The position numbers and the translations under genes were made by a program. A DNA stretch of 64,000 bases from Macrostomum hystrix (taxonomy: Eukaryota > Animalia > Platyhelminthes), in assembly GCA_950097015.1 (NCBI GenBank), contig CATNEN010000003.1, positions 5,642,001 through 5,706,000 of the forward strand, read 5' to 3'. Shown here piece by piece: positions 61,334-64,000 of this stretch. Below the pieces are notes generated by a model. The model had not been told where the DNA came from. It ran no database searches and saw only the letters and a list, made by a program, of their open reading frames with translations. How positions within the stretch are numbered: position 1 is the first letter of the stretch; each line of letters starts with the position of its first letter.

Positions 61334-61714
61334 AAGCAGACTGGTCCCATTATTGGTCCCATTGTTGGCAGCAATATGATAAATATATTACGAACAAAAA
61401 TTGTTACAGTTTCATCGATTTTTCTGCAATTAAATTCTGAACTTTTGTCTTCAAATTTGAAAAAATTAGTCGCTTTTACAATCGAAAATTACATTCTTGG
61501 CTTCAGTGTCAACATGAAAAAGACAGACTTCAGAAAAAGAAATCGCCTTTGAATTCCAAAGATGCAAACACGTTTTAAAATACGTACAACAAGAGTACTG
61601 GTAACTTTTTGGCTCATAAAAGCAAAACTTGAAAGGGGGAATCTGTAGAGTTATCTCAAGAAGAACAAACTGGAAGCAAGTTTTGGATATGCTCTCGATA
61701 ATTCGATTGGGAGG

Positions 61715-62060
61715 GGGGTGAGTGGCAGAGCGATCAACCCTCTCGAACCGAGGTTCCTGAGCTCGATTCCGCGGCGAGGCCACATTTATTTGGGGCGCAG
61801 CCGCGGCGAGAAGGCTGGTGGGCCATTCGTGCAATTTATGCCCTTGAGCGCCAACCTAAGGCACAGCGAAGTGTACACGCTGAACATGAGAAAGTCAGGG
61901 CAGATGTACACACATGCGTGAGCGGGTGCCTGCGTACAGTAACTGTGGGCGTGTGTGCTCAGGAGTCAGCGAAATGGGCAGAATTGCCTCCTCGCTGGCT
62001 GCGGGTCTAGTGTCACCAAATGATGTGCCATTGCCCGCAGCCCTCCTGCAGTTATTATTA
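61715..62060 (+). mobile_element. Retroposon-like (SINE or LINE 3' end) family with a (TTA)n tail
   Basis: Homologs at about 63672-63960 (rc), 55665-55865 and 24370-24440. It has a 3' stem GGCTGCGGG/CCCGCAGCC followed by TTATTATTA. Confidence 0.6.
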
Positions 62061-62520
62061 AGCTGATTGGGACATCTAAATAAGGTAGCTGAAGCAACAA
62101 TATAGTTGAGTAGCGAATCAACGCGGTTTTAGGAGGCTTAAGACCACATTAAAACAAACCTTCAGTGTAATATATACCCTATGTGTGTGTTCAAAAAGGC
62201 CTAGAATATATTTCAGCAATGAAATTAAAATTGCCAAGTTAAAACTAAGTATATTTTCACCAGAAGTTAATATATTTTGACAATATAAATTTTAAAATTA
62301 CTTACAAGGTAATAAAACTACGTATCAAGATGACAAAATCAAAGAAGTTCAAATAGAGTTTGGGAATCTAAAATAATACATGTATTTTTGGTTAAATTTG
62401 GTACGCGAAACGTTATTTTTTAGGAAGTCTGTTTGACTGTTTAAATACGAGTATTTAGCTAGGTTCTCTACTCTCAGTAGCTAGATGCAAATTCGCAAAA
62501 AATGATTGCAGCTTCGAAAT

Positions 62521-62569
62521 TTCCAGGAAATCACGAGTGCATGAACGTCAGTTTGCGAATTTCCAAGAA
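62521..62569 (+). promoter_or_regulatory. Two STAT/GAS-like TTCN3GAA sites upstream of Mx
   Basis: TTCCAGGAA at 62521 and TTCCAAGAA at 62561; TATAAA near 62684. Confidence 0.4.
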
Positions 62570-62799
62570 ATTCCAACAGTGTGCACCAAATAAAAAAAAT
62601 GTACAGTGCACTGAACACACAGTGTAATTATTGTTGGACAACTCGCACGCCTTACCACTTGTTGTACGTGCTTGGTACCAGCCTATAAACGGGTCTCCAT
62701 GCGAGGAGACAAAAAACGGTGCAGTTTTTTCTTCTTGTGCAGCTATTTATGCTTGCAACTATAGTATAGCTCAACAGAGCAACAACAACAAAAAGGAAA

Positions 62800-63660
62800 A
62801 TGTTTACAGCAAGTGCTCCTTCCAGTGCTAATGAACAATCTGCTAATATGGCAGCGAAAAGTGGAAGTAAAAGAGTAAGTATTGCTCTTTCGACCGTTTG
62901 GCAGTCGTTTATTGTGTCTAATTCTTCTGCGATGGGGCCTGTCCCATGTCTCATTTATCCCCTGTCTCATTTATCCCCTGTCTCAAGTCTCCCCTGTCTC
63001 ATGTCTCATTTATCCCCTGTCTCATTTATCCCCTGTCTCAAGTCTCCCCTGTCTCATGTCTCATTTATCCCCTGTCTCATGTCTCATTTATCCCCTGCCT
63101 CATGTATCCACTGTCTCATGTATCCCTTGTCTCAAGTATTCATGCAAAAAAACCTACTGTGCCTCCTCTTCCCGTGTCTAATCTCTTCAGTTTCTTATCC
63201 CTTGCATGTGTGATTTCTCTTGTATCCCATGCCAATATTGTCGCAATCAATACGAATTTCAGCATCAGTCGGTCGCAATCAGCCGAGAATCGAATCGCGA
63301 CGAAAAGATTGCCAGATTCGACGTTGAATGCGCGGTCGAGGACGCGGCCTTTGTAACCGCCGATTCAGCAGGGATTTTGCAAGCTGCTCAGCCAACATTC
63401 ACACCAGCTCTTAGCCAACAGTTCCGTGAAAGAATCCGGCCCTTACTAAATAGCATCGATCGGCTGAGATCGCACGGACTGCAGAATGAGCTCCGGCTAC
63501 CCACTGTGGCAGTGGTTGGCGACCAGTCGGTTGGCAAGTCTTCCGTTCTTGAGGCCATCTCCGGTGTCGATCTGCCTCGCGGAAGTGGCATTGTGACCCG
63601 GTGCCCGCTGCAGCTAAGCATGCGTTCGAAACCATTTGGAGATTGGACCGGAAAGATTAC
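62800..63660 (+). CDS. Mx: Mx-like dynamin-family GTPase, 5' part; exons 62800-62874 and 63263-63660; continues beyond the window
   Basis: [35 protein letters not shown] (G1) and [13 protein letters not shown] (dynamin/Mx signature). Confidence 0.85.
62938..63135. repeat. TGTCTCA-core minisatellite in Mx intron 1
   Basis: TGTCTCATTTATCCCC units. Confidence 0.85.
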
Positions 63661-63671
63661 GTGAGTCCTTA

Positions 63672-63960
63672 TTGTAATAATAATTACAGGAGGGCTGCGG
63701 GTAATGGCGCATCATTTGGTGACAGTTAACCTGCAGCCAGCGAGGAGTCATTTCTGTCCATTTCGCTGACTCCTGAGCAAGCACGCACATACATACCGTA
63801 CGCAGGTATACGTTCACACATGTGTACGTGTGTATATCTGCCCTGACTTTCTCATGATCAGGCAGTGTACACCTTCACTATGCCTTGGAGGTTGGCCCTC
63901 AAGGGCGTAAATTCCACGACAAGCCCCCTGTTGCGATACAAGTCGGGCAGAATGTATTCT
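63672..63960 (-). mobile_element. (TTA)n-tailed retroposon copy in Mx intron 2
   Basis: Reverse-complement homolog of about 61820-62060. Confidence 0.6.
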
Positions 63961-64000
63961 AAGCCCGTGGGCTTGAGCTCAGCAAAGTGCATTTCGGGTG

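Overview
Eukaryotic (animal) genomic DNA with intron-containing genes. Most large introns and intergenic gaps are filled with locus-specific minisatellites. That landscape, plus a gene that seems to lack a genomic start codon, suggests a flatworm such as Macrostomum; this is inference only. Genes reconstructed by hand from GT-AG splice sites are: an ankyrin-repeat gene running off the left edge (-, missed by the ORF track), a divergent TRPV-like channel (+), B3GAT glucuronosyltransferase (+), a matrin/dsRNA-type C2H2 zinc-finger protein (+), RCBTB1 (+), an ankyrin-repeat protein (+), PRPF31 (-), GCLC (-), a small secreted Cys-containing protein (+) and the 5' part of an Mx/dynamin GTPase (+). 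Mobile DNA comprises a hAT MITE with 8-bp TSDs that carries an internal minisatellite, a TTAA-flanked CAGTAG-ended element (4 copies), a tRNA-derived SINE and a (TTA)n-tailed retroposon family. The top finding is the apparent 313-bp satellite in the last intron of the zinc-finger gene (14.9-17.2 kb). It folds as a tandem array of 8 (plus 1 diverged) box H/ACA snoRNA genes with antisense pockets for 28S rRNA. The copies are interleaved with candidate 19-nt micro-exons and short hairpins and preceded by a stop-containing cassette exon, which suggests one locus producing either protein or snoRNAs. Most long ORFs in the ORF track are artefacts of tandem repeats.
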